Assembly: GCA_025360715.1 (NCBI GenBank)
Contig: JANYBS010000005.1
Coordinates: forward strand, 5,571 to 69,570
Direction of reading: 5' to 3'
Origin: Candidatus Eiseniibacteriota bacterium
GTDB lineage: Bacteria > Eisenbacteria > RBG-16-71-46
Length of the DNA stretch: 64,000 nucleotides
The position numbers and the translations under genes were made by a program. The notes beneath the pieces were generated by a model. The model was not told where the DNA came from, did not search any database, and saw only the letters and a program-made list of their open reading frames with translations. Shown here in pieces: positions 45,408 to 54,956 of this stretch; the stretch's first letter is position 1, and every line of letters starts with the position of its first letter.

Positions 45408-46925
45408 GTGGATATGCCGATCGCGCCAAAGCGCCATGCCCCGCTCGCGATGACCGAAGAGCAGTTCCGCACGCTCGGGCACCGCTTGGTGGAGCAGCTC
45501 GCCGGGCTTCTCGCGGCCATCCCCGACGGTCCGGTGACGCCGGGCGAGACGCCAGCGCAGGTGCGCGCAGCGCTCGGCCTTGACGGCCCGCTGCCGGAGC
45601 AGGGCGCCGACCCTGGCGTGCTGCTCGAGCGCACAGCGTCGCATCTTTTCGCGCACAGCCTGTTCAATGGCCACCCGAAGTTCCTGGGTTACATCACCGC
45701 CTCGCCGGCGCCGATCGCCATCCTCGCCGACCTCATGGCCGCTGCAGCGAATCCGAACTGCGGCGCATTCGTGCTCAGCCCCGCGGCGACCGAGATCGAA
45801 CGTCAGGCCATCCGCTGGATCGCCGAGTTCATCGGGTATCCCGGCGATTGCGGCGGCATCATGGTCAGTGGCGGCAACATGGCGAACATCACGTGCTTCT
45901 TCGCCGCGCGCGCCGCGCATGCCGGCCACGATGTGCGCGCCCAGGGCATCGCGGCAGGACGCGGCACGATGCGCGTCTACGCGTCGGCGGAGACACATAC
46001 GTGGATCTCGAAGGCAGCGGACCTCTCCGGCATCGGCACGCAGGCGATCCGCTGGATCGCCGCCGACGCGCGTCAGCGCATCGATCTCGCCGCCCTCAAG
46101 GCCCAGGTGACAGCCGACCGCGCCGCCGGCGACCGGCCCTTCATGGTGGTCGGCACGGGCGGTTCGGTGAGCACCGGCGCTGTCGATGACCTGCCCGCGT
46201 TGGCGGCATTCTGCACGCAGGAGGGGCTCTGGTTCCACGTCGATGGCGCCTATGGCGCGATCGCCGCGGCGTCGAGCGAGGCGCCCGATGACCTGCGCGC
46301 GCTCGCGCTCGCCGACTCCGTGGCAGTGGATCCGCACAAGTGGCTGTACATGCCGCTCGAGGCCGGGTGCGCGCTCGTGCGCGACGCCAACAAGCTGCGC
46401 GATGCATTCTCGTACCACCCGCCCTACTACCATCTGGACGAGGAGTACCTGAACTACGTCGACATGGGTCCGCAGAACTCGCGCGGCTTCCGTGCGCTCA
46501 AAGTGTGGCTCGCCCTGCAGCACGCGGGCGCTGCCGGCTATCGCACCATGATCGGCGACGACATCCGCCTGTCGCAGCGCCTGGCCGATGCCGTGCGAGC
46601 GCATGCGGACTTCGAGTGGTACACGCAGGACCTGAGCATCACGACGTTCCGCTACGTGCCGGCCGACCTGCGCGCGCGGCTGGGCGCGCCCGATGTGGAG
46701 GCGCATCTCGATGCGCTCAATCGCGAGCTGCTCGACTCCAGCCAGAAGTCGGGCGAAGCGTTCGTCTCCAACGCTGTCATCGGCGAGCGTTATTTGCTGC
46801 GCGCGTGCATCGTGAACTTCAACACCCAGGCGGCGGATATCGACGCGCTGCCCGGCATCCTGGCCCGTCAAGGATGCGCCATCGACCAGCGCATGCGCCC
46901 TGCTGCGCTGCAGGCGGCGCGATGA
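45408..46925 (+). CDS. PLP-dependent group II decarboxylase (aromatic-L-amino-acid / diaminobutyrate decarboxylase family)
   Basis: 505 aa. Contains SGGNMANI, the PLP-lysine motif SVAVDPHKWLYMP and the family fold. Confidence 0.8.
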   Translation: MDMPIAPKRHAPLAMTEEQFRTLGHRLVEQLAGLLAAIPDGPVTPGETPAQVRAALGLDGPLPEQGADPGVLLERTASHLFAHSLFNGHPKFLGYITASPAPIAILADLMAAAANPNCGAFVLSPAATEIERQAIRWIAEFIGYPGDCGGIMVSGGNMANITCFFAARAAHAGHDVRAQGIAAGRGTMRVYASAETHTWISKAADLSGIGTQAIRWIAADARQRIDLAALKAQVTADRAAGDRPFMVVGTGGSVSTGAVDDLPALAAFCTQEGLWFHVDGAYGAIAAASSEAPDDLRALALADSVAVDPHKWLYMPLEAGCALVRDANKLRDAFSYHPPYYHLDEEYLNYVDMGPQNSRGFRALKVWLALQHAGAAGYRTMIGDDIRLSQRLADAVRAHADFEWYTQDLSITTFRYVPADLRARLGAPDVEAHLDALNRELLDSSQKSGEAFVSNAVIGERYLLRACIVNFNTQAADIDALPGILARQGCAIDQRMRPAALQAAR

Positions 46926-47608
46926 GCGGCGACCTCATGCCTGTCACTTGGGAGCGCGTCGACCGGTACTTCGTGGAAGCGTTGCTCACGCAGGACGCAG
47001 CGCTCACGGCGGCACTCACCGATTCCTCCGCCGCCGGCCTGCCCGCGATCGCCGTCGCCCCGAATCAAGGCGCGCTGCTTCAGCTGCTGGCGCTCAGCAT
47101 GGGGGCGACGCGCATCCTCGAGATCGGCACGCTCGGCGGCTACAGCACCATCTGGCTGGCCCGTGCGCTGCCTGCAGAAGGACGGCTGGTCACGCTGGAG
47201 TTCGAACCACGCCATGCGCAGGTCGCCACAGCGAACATCGCCCGCGCCGGCCTTACGGACCGGGTGCAGGTCATGACGGGCGTCGCGCTCGACTCGCTGG
47301 CCGCGTTGTCCTCAGCCGGCGCGCCGCCGTTCGACCTGATCTTCATCGACGCAGACAAAGCGAATATCCCGGCGTATTTCGATTGGGCGCTCCGGCTCAC
47401 GCATCCCGGGAGCGTCATCATCGTCGACAACGTCGTGCGTGACGGAAAGGTGACCGATGCGGCGAGTACCGATGAGAGTGTCCAGGGAGTACGGCGCTTC
47501 ATCGCCGCGCTCTCCGGCGACGTTCGTGTGAGCGCAACGGTGATCCAGACGGTCGGCAGCAAGGGGTACGATGGTTTCCTGATCGCCCGGGTGAATACGC
47601 CCGCCTGA
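46922..47608 (+). CDS. Class I SAM-dependent O-methyltransferase (family 3, caffeoyl-CoA-OMT-like)
   Basis: ATG at 46922 overlaps the decarboxylase stop (ATGA). Motifs ILEIGTLGGYSTIWLA and FDLIFIDADK are present. 228 aa. Confidence 0.8.
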   Translation: MSGDLMPVTWERVDRYFVEALLTQDAALTAALTDSSAAGLPAIAVAPNQGALLQLLALSMGATRILEIGTLGGYSTIWLARALPAEGRLVTLEFEPRHAQVATANIARAGLTDRVQVMTGVALDSLAALSSAGAPPFDLIFIDADKANIPAYFDWALRLTHPGSVIIVDNVVRDGKVTDAASTDESVQGVRRFIAALSGDVRVSATVIQTVGSKGYDGFLIARVNTPA

Positions 47609-47633
47609 AACCGGCTTCATCCGCGAGGTCCTC

Positions 47634-48881
47634 ATGTCGGTCGTCGTCCGTGGAGCTGCCGATGCCGGACCCATCCGCCATCCCTGGGTGTGGGCCGTGC
47701 TCTATTTCCCGTTCGGACTCACGACCGGGTTCCCGTCGATCGCTCTGGGCTATCTGGCCGGCCGCGCCGGCGTGCCGGTAGCCGCGATCGCTGCGATCGT
47801 GGGACTCACGTGGCTGGCTTCCGGTTGGAAGTGGACGTGGGCGCCATTGGGCGACTACACGCTGAGTCGCAAGCGCTGGTACCGCATCGCGATCACACTC
47901 GTGTCGGTCGGCTTCGTGGCGATGTCGGCGATCCCCATCGTCCCGCGCAACATGCCCATCCTTTCGGCGATCGTGCTGCTCACGAGCATCTCGGGCACGT
48001 TCATCGCGTTCGCGGTCGAAGGCCTGATGACGCACAACACCCATCCTGCGGCGCGCGGGCGCGCAGGCGGCTGGTTCCAGAGCGGCAACCAGTTCGCGCA
48101 GACCGCGGGCGGCGGCTTGGGACTCTTCCTGATGAAACACCTGCCGTCGCCGTGGATGGCAGGCGCCACACTGGCCGCGCTCCTGTGGCTCTGCTCACTC
48201 GCATTGAATGGCCTGCAAGAGCCTCCGGCGCATCATCAAGACGTCGGTTTCGGCGCGCGCACCGCCGATGCATTCCGCGAGTTGGGCGGGCTGCTCAAGT
48301 TGCGCTTGGGCCGCATCGGCCTGCTTCTGGCAATCCTGCCCATCGGCACCGGCGCGGCTCAGGGACTCTTCGGCGGCATCGCTCCGGAATGGCATGCCTC
48401 GGCCGATACCGTGGCTGCGGTCCTGGGACTGGGCGGGGGACTGGCCATCGTCGCCGGCTGTTTCGCGGGCGGCATGCTCGCCGACCGGATGACCAAGCCG
48501 AACGCTTACGCGACGGCATGTGCGCTTGGCGTGCTCGGCGCGCTCGCCATCGCCATCTCGCCGCGCACCGAACTGGGCTACGCAGCCTCGACGCTGCTCT
48601 ACACGTTTGCGCTGGGCATGGGCGCCGCGACACTCACCGCGATGGTCATCGCCATCATCGGCAATACGGCGGCGGCGACCAAGATCAACGTCTTCTTCGC
48701 GCTCAACACGCTCTTCAGCCTTGGCATGTTGCGCGCGAACGGCTGGGCACACGACAAGGCAGGCACGAACAGCATGCTCTGCCTGGAGGCCGGCGTGGGC
48801 GTGGTATGCCTGCTGCTCTTCGTGGCGGTCGCCCGGCAGATCAAGGGCGAGCATCTGCCGGACGAGGCCGTGACTCCGTAA
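47634..48881 (+). CDS. MFS-type transporter
   Basis: 415 aa with about 12 predicted TM helices. It is the last gene of the cassette, 26 nt after the methyltransferase. Confidence 0.7.
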   Translation: MSVVVRGAADAGPIRHPWVWAVLYFPFGLTTGFPSIALGYLAGRAGVPVAAIAAIVGLTWLASGWKWTWAPLGDYTLSRKRWYRIAITLVSVGFVAMSAIPIVPRNMPILSAIVLLTSISGTFIAFAVEGLMTHNTHPAARGRAGGWFQSGNQFAQTAGGGLGLFLMKHLPSPWMAGATLAALLWLCSLALNGLQEPPAHHQDVGFGARTADAFRELGGLLKLRLGRIGLLLAILPIGTGAAQGLFGGIAPEWHASADTVAAVLGLGGGLAIVAGCFAGGMLADRMTKPNAYATACALGVLGALAIAISPRTELGYAASTLLYTFALGMGAATLTAMVIAIIGNTAAATKINVFFALNTLFSLGMLRANGWAHDKAGTNSMLCLEAGVGVVCLLLFVAVARQIKGEHLPDEAVTP

Positions 48882-48886
48882 CGCTC

Positions 48887-49792
48887 TCAGCGTTCCTTGA
48901 CGAACGTGCCGTTCTGCAGTTCCGCGACCGCCTGACGCAGTTGCGCCTGGGTATTCATGACGATCGGGCCGTACCACGCCACGGGTTCTTCGAGCGGGCG
49001 GCCCGAGATCAGCAGGAAACGGATGCCCTGCTCGCCGGCCTGCACGACCACCTCGTCGCCGGCCGAGAAGAGCACGAGCGAGCGGTTGCCGGTCTGCTCG
49101 CGCTTCACGATCTCGACAGGTCCGGGCTGCTCGGTGAGCACGCCGATGGGATCGGACGCGGCCCGGAAGTCGCCGCTGCCCTCGAACACATAGGCGAACG
49201 CGTTGCGCCGCGTGTCCACCGGCAGCGACTTGCGCTTGCCCGGCGGCACGCTCACGTCGAGGTAGTAGGGATCCGCGGCGATGCCGTCGACCGGCCCGCG
49301 CTTGCCCCAGAACTCGCCGCAGATCACGCGCACCTTCGTGCCGTCGTCATCGATGACCTCGGCGATCTCCTTGGACTTCACGTCCTGGTAGCGCGGCTTC
49401 GTCATCTTGAGCTGGGAGGGCAGGTTCGCCCAGAGCTGGAAGCCGTGCATGCGCCCCGCGGGATCACCCTGCGGCATCTCCTGGTGCAGGATGCCGCTAC
49501 CGGCAGTCATCCACTGCACGTCGCCCGCACCGAGCGCGCCGTTGTTGCCCAAGCTGTCCGCATGCGTGACTGTGCCCGAGAGCACATACGTGATGGTCTC
49601 GATGCCGCGATGCGGATGCCACGGGAAGCCCTTCATGTAGTCGCGCGGGCTGTCGTTGCGGAAGTCATCGAACAGCAGGAATGGGTCGGTCTCGCCGGTA
49701 TCGCCGAAACCGAACGCGCGGCGCAGGTGAACACCCGCGCCCTCGATGGTGGGCTGCGCTTCGATGATGCGTTTCACGGGCCGGATGCTCAT
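48887..49792 (-). CDS. Pirin-family bicupin protein
   Basis: 301 aa. Has the pirin N-terminal motif (FPWHPHRGIETITYVLSGTVTHADSLGN) and a second cupin domain. Confidence 0.85.
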   Translation of the reverse strand: MSIRPVKRIIEAQPTIEGAGVHLRRAFGFGDTGETDPFLLFDDFRNDSPRDYMKGFPWHPHRGIETITYVLSGTVTHADSLGNNGALGAGDVQWMTAGSGILHQEMPQGDPAGRMHGFQLWANLPSQLKMTKPRYQDVKSKEIAEVIDDDGTKVRVICGEFWGKRGPVDGIAADPYYLDVSVPPGKRKSLPVDTRRNAFAYVFEGSGDFRAASDPIGVLTEQPGPVEIVKREQTGNRSLVLFSAGDEVVVQAGEQGIRFLLISGRPLEEPVAWYGPIVMNTQAQLRQAVAELQNGTFVKER

Positions 49793-49954
49793 CTGTGCCT
49801 CCTGCTGTCGCTATGGGAAAGGCCGCGTCCGGGCGCACGGTACGCTCGCAGCAGCACGACTCGAAGCAGATGCGACGAGCGCCACAGAGGTTCACACTTC
49901 CGGCGACTTGAACTCACCCTCATGAATGCCGCGTGAAGTGACGACAACGCCGCC

Positions 49955-50446
49955 ATGCGACGTCTCCCGGTCGTTCTCACGCTCTTCCTGTGCCTCGCGG
50001 ACCCCGCGCTCGCCGCGCATCGTCCCGGTGGCCTCGATGCGCCCCTGCGCGGCCTGGCGCAGGTGACCCTGTTGCGGTTCCCCGAGTGGCTGCTCATGGC
50101 GCCGTTCCGGATGTTCGCGCACCACGCCGCCGTGGCGCCAGTGGGCATGGCGGTGTCCCGAGATGCGGGCTGGACGCGCATGGGCTTCGCGCTGCAGGAC
50201 AACGGCCGGGGTATCTGCCTGGCCATCGATGGCAAAGCGGAACTCGGCCGCATCGAGATCCTCTTCGACGATGGCGAACTCCAGCAGGTTGACGCGGGCG
50301 CCGGCCATGTCTACAACCACGGCGTCTATGAAGTCGCGGCCTTTCCACAAGAGCGGCACGTCGTGCTGGTACGGCTCGAGAGCCGGGCACGTTCCACGAC
50401 CGCGCACGTCCAAGCTCTGCTCACGCGCGACGACGCGTCGCGCTAG
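49955..50446 (+). CDS. Exported hypothetical protein
   Basis: 163 aa with signal-like N-terminus MRRLPVVLTLFLCLADPALA. The alternative minus-strand ORF (49892..50413) has no signal peptide and no recognisable features. Confidence 0.3.
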   Translation: MRRLPVVLTLFLCLADPALAAHRPGGLDAPLRGLAQVTLLRFPEWLLMAPFRMFAHHAAVAPVGMAVSRDAGWTRMGFALQDNGRGICLAIDGKAELGRIEILFDDGELQQVDAGAGHVYNHGVYEVAAFPQERHVVLVRLESRARSTTAHVQALLTRDDASR

Positions 50447-50452
50447 ACGGCC

Positions 50453-50677
50453 TCAGCGACGCTCTGGCCCGCGTGCCGGCTCGGACGGCGAGCCGATCTG
50501 GATGAGCATCACCGGCTCGGGAGCCGTGCTGGGCCGAGCACTCGCATTCGCGTGCGGACAGTTCTCGCACGCCGCTGCGCCGGCGGGGCGGGGGCGGAAG
50601 CGCCGCCACAGCAGCCAGCCCAGCGCCGCGGCCGCGACGATCGCCACGATGAGGTCCTGTGCGCTCATGCCGTTCAT
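50453..50677 (-). CDS. FeoB-associated Cys-rich small membrane protein (FeoC-like position)
   Basis: ATG at 50677 overlaps the feoB stop (ATGA). It has one TM helix (LIVAIVAAAALGWLLW) followed by basic residues and CENC. Its position and architecture match the small Cys-rich proteins encoded just after feoB. Confidence 0.5.
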   Translation of the reverse strand: MNGMSAQDLIVAIVAAAALGWLLWRRFRPRPAGAAACENCPHANASARPSTAPEPVMLIQIGSPSEPARGPERR

Positions 50678-52917
50678 GAGAACCCCAGCAGGCGGCCGCC
50701 CTGGAAGACCACGAATGACGCACCCCAAGCCATGGCATTCATGAACACGATCATGAAGATCGGCCAGCGCCACGAGTTGGTCTCACGCCGCACCACCGCC
50801 ACCGTCGACATGCACTGGCAAGCCAGCACGTAGAAGACCATCAGGCTCACGGCGACGAGCGGCGTGCATGTGTGCTTGCCTGTGCGCGGATCGAGCGTGT
50901 CGCGGAGTTGCTCGCGCAGCGAACTCGAGTGCGCGTCGGCATCGCCCATGTGATAGACGGTCGCCATGGTCGAGACCATGACCTCGCGCGCGGCGAGCGA
51001 TGTGACAAGCCCTATGCCGATACGCCAGTCGAAGCCCAATGGCCGGATCGCCGGCTCCAGGAACCTTCCCACGCGCCCGGCGAACGAGTTCTCGAGCCGC
51101 ACTCCCGCGAGTTCGCGCTCCAGCTGGTGCGCACCCGCGACGTCGTGCGACGCCGTCGCCGCCGCAAGCTGCTGTTCCACGTGCGCGGCATCGGCGCCAC
51201 CGCGTGGGTACGACGCAAGGAACCAGAGCACGATCGAGACCGCAAGGATCACCGTGCCGGCTTGCTGCACGAACACGACGCTACGTTCGCGCACGGACAG
51301 GAACACCGAGCCCCATTGCGGCATGCGATAGGGGGGGAGCTCCATCACGTAGAGCGGCTTGCCGCCGGCCAGCACCGTTCGCTTGAGCACCGCGGCCACC
51401 GCGATAGCGGCGATCACGCCCAACGCGTACATCGCGAAGAGCGTGATGCCCGGTAGCGTCAGGAAACCCACCCAGATGTTCGGGATGAATGCGCCGATCA
51501 AGAGCGCGTACACCGGCAGGCGCGCGCTGCAGCTCATGAAGGGTGCCACCATGATGGTCGTGATGCGGTCGCGGCGATTGTCGATCGTGCGCGTGGCCAT
51601 GATGCCGGGGATCGCGCAGGCGAACGACGACAGCAGCGGGATGAAAGCGCGGCCCGAGAGGCCCACGCGGCCCATGAGGCGGTCCATGATGAACGCAGCG
51701 CGCGCCATGTAGCCGGATTCCTCGAGCACCCCGATGAAGAAGAACAAGATGGCGATCTGCGGTACGAACGTGAGCGTCGTGCCCACGCCGGCGATGATGC
51801 CGTTCACGACAAGTGAGCGAACCGGCCCGTCGGGCAGCAAGCCGCCGATGAATCCGCCCGAGAGGTTGATGGCCTTGTCGATCAGGTCCATGGCCGGTTG
51901 CGCCCACGCGAACACCGATTGGAAGACCGCGCCCATGAGCACCGCGAAAAGGATGGGGCCGAAGACGCGGTGCGTGAGCACACGGTCGATGCGGTCCTGC
52001 AGCTTGTCCGGCCGCGGCGTGCCGCTGGTGACCGCGCGCGCGACGATGTCGTGGATCGCTTCGTAGTGCCCGGCCACATCGTCGGAGCGCCAGCCCGGAG
52101 AGAGCTGATCGAGCCGCTTCGCCAGGATGCGGGCATCGTCGAGCACGTCGGGCGGCGAGTGCCGCGCCAGCATATCGTCCTCGCCGTCGTCGAGCAGCAG
52201 CGCCAGCGCCAGGTCGTGGCGGGCGCGCTCGGGTAGTGCGGAGTGCCGTGGCAAGCGCTTCTCGAGACTGCCCAGCACGCGCTCCAGGTGCACCGGCCAG
52301 CGCCGGAAGCGGCGCGCGGAGGGCTCCACGTCGCGCTCGATCATGCGCCGCAGGTTGCCCAGGCCTTCGCCCTTGGCGGCGCTGATGGCGACCACCGGAA
52401 CGCCCAGGTCGCGCTCGAGCTGCTCGATGTCCACCGTGACGCCGCGCGCGCGCGCGGTGTCCATCATGTTGAGCGCGAGCACGATCGGGCGGCCGAGTTC
52501 GATGAGCTGCATCATCAGGTAGAGATGCCGCGTCAGGTGCATGACGTCGACGACGAACACGATCAGGTCGGGCGGCGGCGTGTCGGTCTGCAGGCCCAGC
52601 AGCACGTCGCGGACGATCGTTTCGTCGGGCGAGGTCGGCTGCAGGCTGTAGCTGCCCGGCAGGTCGATCACCTCGGCGCGCCGCCCGGAAGGCAGCGTGA
52701 CCGAACCGGTCTTCTTCTCGACGGTCACGCCGGGGTAATTGCCGACCTTCTGGCGCAGCCCGGTGAGCTGATTGAAGAGCGTCGACTTGCCCGCGTTCGG
52801 GTTGCCGAGGATCGCGACCACCCGTGGCGCCGATGCGTGGCCCGCTGCTGGCGTCGAGGTCGCGAGCTTCAGCGGTGCAGCCTTGAGCGTGGGGCCGCCG
52901 TCAGCAGGGCGTGACAT
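50674..52917 (-). CDS. feoB: Ferrous iron transport protein B
   Basis: 747 aa. The G-domain (VVAILGNPNAGKSTLFNQLTG, DLPGSYS) is followed by the FeoB polytopic membrane domain with gate motifs. A roughly 33 aa N-terminal extension precedes the G1 motif. A GTG at about 52818 is an alternative start. Confidence 0.9.
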   Translation of the reverse strand: MSRPADGGPTLKAAPLKLATSTPAAGHASAPRVVAILGNPNAGKSTLFNQLTGLRQKVGNYPGVTVEKKTGSVTLPSGRRAEVIDLPGSYSLQPTSPDETIVRDVLLGLQTDTPPPDLIVFVVDVMHLTRHLYLMMQLIELGRPIVLALNMMDTARARGVTVDIEQLERDLGVPVVAISAAKGEGLGNLRRMIERDVEPSARRFRRWPVHLERVLGSLEKRLPRHSALPERARHDLALALLLDDGEDDMLARHSPPDVLDDARILAKRLDQLSPGWRSDDVAGHYEAIHDIVARAVTSGTPRPDKLQDRIDRVLTHRVFGPILFAVLMGAVFQSVFAWAQPAMDLIDKAINLSGGFIGGLLPDGPVRSLVVNGIIAGVGTTLTFVPQIAILFFFIGVLEESGYMARAAFIMDRLMGRVGLSGRAFIPLLSSFACAIPGIMATRTIDNRRDRITTIMVAPFMSCSARLPVYALLIGAFIPNIWVGFLTLPGITLFAMYALGVIAAIAVAAVLKRTVLAGGKPLYVMELPPYRMPQWGSVFLSVRERSVVFVQQAGTVILAVSIVLWFLASYPRGGADAAHVEQQLAAATASHDVAGAHQLERELAGVRLENSFAGRVGRFLEPAIRPLGFDWRIGIGLVTSLAAREVMVSTMATVYHMGDADAHSSSLREQLRDTLDPRTGKHTCTPLVAVSLMVFYVLACQCMSTVAVVRRETNSWRWPIFMIVFMNAMAWGASFVVFQGGRLLGFS

Positions 52918-53155
52918 GGATCCGGCTCGCTTCGGAGCGTCGTAAGGAGAGGTGCACTCCGCGGATGCTGACCTCGATCGGATCGCCGAGCGGCGCCACG
53001 CGTACGTGCTGGAGCTCGGTCCCCGGCACGAGACCGAGTTCCATGAGACGGCGCACGATGGCGGGTTCGGCGTCGACGCGCGCGATCACGCCGCTGTCAC
53101 CGGGTTGCATCGCATCGATCGCGATGGTCGGAGCCTCGCCGGGGAACTCGTTCAA
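52901..53155 (-). CDS. feoA: Ferrous iron transport protein A (SH3-like)
   Basis: 84 aa (GDSGVIARVDAEPAIVRRLMELGLVPGTELQHVRVAPLGDPIEV). It overlaps the feoB start by 17 nt. Its start overlaps the regulator stop (ATGA). Confidence 0.8.
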   Translation of the reverse strand: MNEFPGEAPTIAIDAMQPGDSGVIARVDAEPAIVRRLMELGLVPGTELQHVRVAPLGDPIEVSIRGVHLSLRRSEASRIHVTPC

Positions 53156-53757
53156 GCGCGGACCTTGAGCGGCGCATCACCGACCTCGCGCACCAGCGAC
53201 TCGCGCAGGCAGGTGGCTCCGCACATATCGCAGGCGCCCGGCGCATGTTCGGCGCAACTGCGCGGGCTCGCGTGATAGGCATCGCGGAATTGCTTCGCGA
53301 CCGGATGATCCGAGCGCAGGAACGACGTGATGCGCAGCAGCTCGACCGACACTTCGGGGCTGACCAGGTGCTCGATCATGCAGGCGTCCTCTTCGGCCAC
53401 CTGCGCCTGGACGCCAAGGATGTCCGTGAGGAACATGGTGAGGACCCGGCGGCTCGACTCGGTGCGCTCGGCCAGCAGCGAGCCCGACGGCGTGAGCTCC
53501 ACGCAGCCGTACTTCTCGTGCGAGACGAGGCCGCGCGCGTGCAGGGAGCGGATCATCGAGGTGACGCCGCTCTTGGAGACGCCGAGCATGTCGGCGATGT
53601 CGCCTACGCGCGCATGCCCCTTCTCGCGCTTGAGCGTGGCCACTGTCTGGAGATAGTGGGCCATCGAATGCGACACTTCCTTCTCGCCGAAACGCTTCCA
53701 GACGTCCACGACAGGCTCCATTCCGTGCCCACGGATGTGGTCCGCGAGCGATGCCAC
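53152..53757 (-). CDS. DtxR/MntR-family metal-dependent transcriptional regulator with Cys-rich C-terminal tail
   Basis: The HTH and metal-binding regions are SMAHYLQTVATL...ARVGDIADMLGVSKSGVTSMIRSLHARGLV and CMIEH. The C-terminus is CAEHAPGACDMCGATC. The true start may be the internal ATG at 53721 (MEPVV...). Confidence 0.75.
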   Translation of the reverse strand: MASLADHIRGHGMEPVVDVWKRFGEKEVSHSMAHYLQTVATLKREKGHARVGDIADMLGVSKSGVTSMIRSLHARGLVSHEKYGCVELTPSGSLLAERTESSRRVLTMFLTDILGVQAQVAEEDACMIEHLVSPEVSVELLRITSFLRSDHPVAKQFRDAYHASPRSCAEHAPGACDMCGATCLRESLVREVGDAPLKVRA

Positions 53758-53806
53758 GCGCCCGCTACTGGCGCCAGAGACCGCGGTTGTTTGCCGGCAT
53801 CAAAAC

Positions 53807-53824
53807 AGTTAAGGCATCTTAACT
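53807..53824. promoter_or_regulatory. Inverted repeat AGTTAAG-GCAT-CTTAACT in the AT-richer stretch upstream of the dtxR-feoAB operon (candidate metalloregulator operator)
   Basis: Read directly from the sequence. It sits 50-100 bp upstream of the regulator start, in the lowest-GC patch of this intergenic region. Its length and symmetry resemble DtxR/IdeR iron boxes. Confidence 0.4.
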
Positions 53825-54874
53825 CTACGCTTCGGCTGATGCAACTCCGAGAGCCTTGCGCACGGCCGGGGCGACGACCGTGCCGTAGAGTTCGATCGAC
53901 CTCATGATCTGCGCATGCGGCTGCGCTCCGACCGCCATCTGCGCCAGGTAGCGGTCATGGCCAAAGAACGAGTGTTCCAGGAGGATCTTGTCGATCACCT
54001 CCTGCGGGCTGCCCACAGCCAGCGCACCGCGGGGACCGCAAGCACCATCGAACTGTTCTCGCGTCATGCCCGGCCAGCCGCGCTCGCGGCCGATGCGCGT
54101 CATGACTTCGGCGTAGCCGGGGAAGAACTGTTCGCGCGCAGCCTGCGAATCCTCGGCGATGAACGCGTGCGTGTTGATGCCCACGGGGAGCGTCGCCGGG
54201 TCGCGTAGCGCGCGGCGCGCGGCCTCGCGATAGTGCTCCACAAGCGGCGCGAATCGCTCCGGCTCGCCGCCGATGATGGCGAAGGCGATCGGCAGGCCCA
54301 AGCGCGCCGCGCGTACGACCGATTGCGGCGTACCGCCGACCGCGATCCACACTGGCAGCGGCTGCTGCACGGGCCGCGGGTGGATGAGTTGGTCCTTCAG
54401 CGCCGCGCGATGCTTACCGCTCCATGTGACACGATCGTGTTCGCGCAGTTCAAGCAGCAGTTCCAGCTTCTCCTCGAAGAGCGCGTCGTAGTCGCCCAGG
54501 TCGTAGCCGAAAAGCGGAAAGGATTCGATGAACGATCCGCGCCCGGCCATGATCTCGGCGCGGCCGCCCGAGATCAGATCGACCGTTGCGAACTGCTGGA
54601 AGACACGCACCGGATCATCGGAGCTCAGCACGGTGACGGCGCTGGTGAGCCGGATGCGCTTCGTTCGCGCGGCGATGGCCGCCAGCACGACGGGAGGGGA
54701 GGCCACCGCGTAGTCCATGCGGTGATGCTCGCCGACGCCGAAGACGTCCAGGCCAAGCTCGTCGGCGAGCGCGGCTTCTTCGAGCAGATCCCGAAGTCGC
54801 TGCTGCGATGAGATGGTGACTCCGGTATGGGGATCGGGAGTCGTGTCTGCAAAGGTATAGAGCCCTAATTCCAT
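53825..54874 (-). CDS. Luciferase-like (LLM class) flavin-dependent oxidoreductase
   Basis: ATG at 54874 ([51 protein letters not shown]). It has the LLM TIM-barrel signature, is 349 aa, and the upstream 230 aa of the ORF track is non-coding-like. Confidence 0.75.
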   Translation of the reverse strand: MELGLYTFADTTPDPHTGVTISSQQRLRDLLEEAALADELGLDVFGVGEHHRMDYAVASPPVVLAAIAARTKRIRLTSAVTVLSSDDPVRVFQQFATVDLISGGRAEIMAGRGSFIESFPLFGYDLGDYDALFEEKLELLLELREHDRVTWSGKHRAALKDQLIHPRPVQQPLPVWIAVGGTPQSVVRAARLGLPIAFAIIGGEPERFAPLVEHYREAARRALRDPATLPVGINTHAFIAEDSQAAREQFFPGYAEVMTRIGRERGWPGMTREQFDGACGPRGALAVGSPQEVIDKILLEHSFFGHDRYLAQMAVGAQPHAQIMRSIELYGTVVAPAVRKALGVASAEA

Positions 54875-54956
54875 GCGCTCAGCATAGCAGGCCCTGCGGT
54901 GGTCCCGTGCGACGGGGCCAGCACTTGGCCGCAGTCGCCCGACGCGGTACATCTGG

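Noticed and set aside
47690-49936. 748-aa plus-strand ORF spanning the MFS transporter region and antisense to pirin
   Set aside because: It is out of frame with the well-formed MFS gene and antisense to a confidently identified pirin. Its translation is Arg-rich nonsense.
53721-53757. Alternative start choice for the DtxR-family regulator (ATG 53757 vs ATG 53721)
   Set aside because: It cannot be decided without alignment. Both keep the HTH intact. I reported the longer ORF and noted the alternative.
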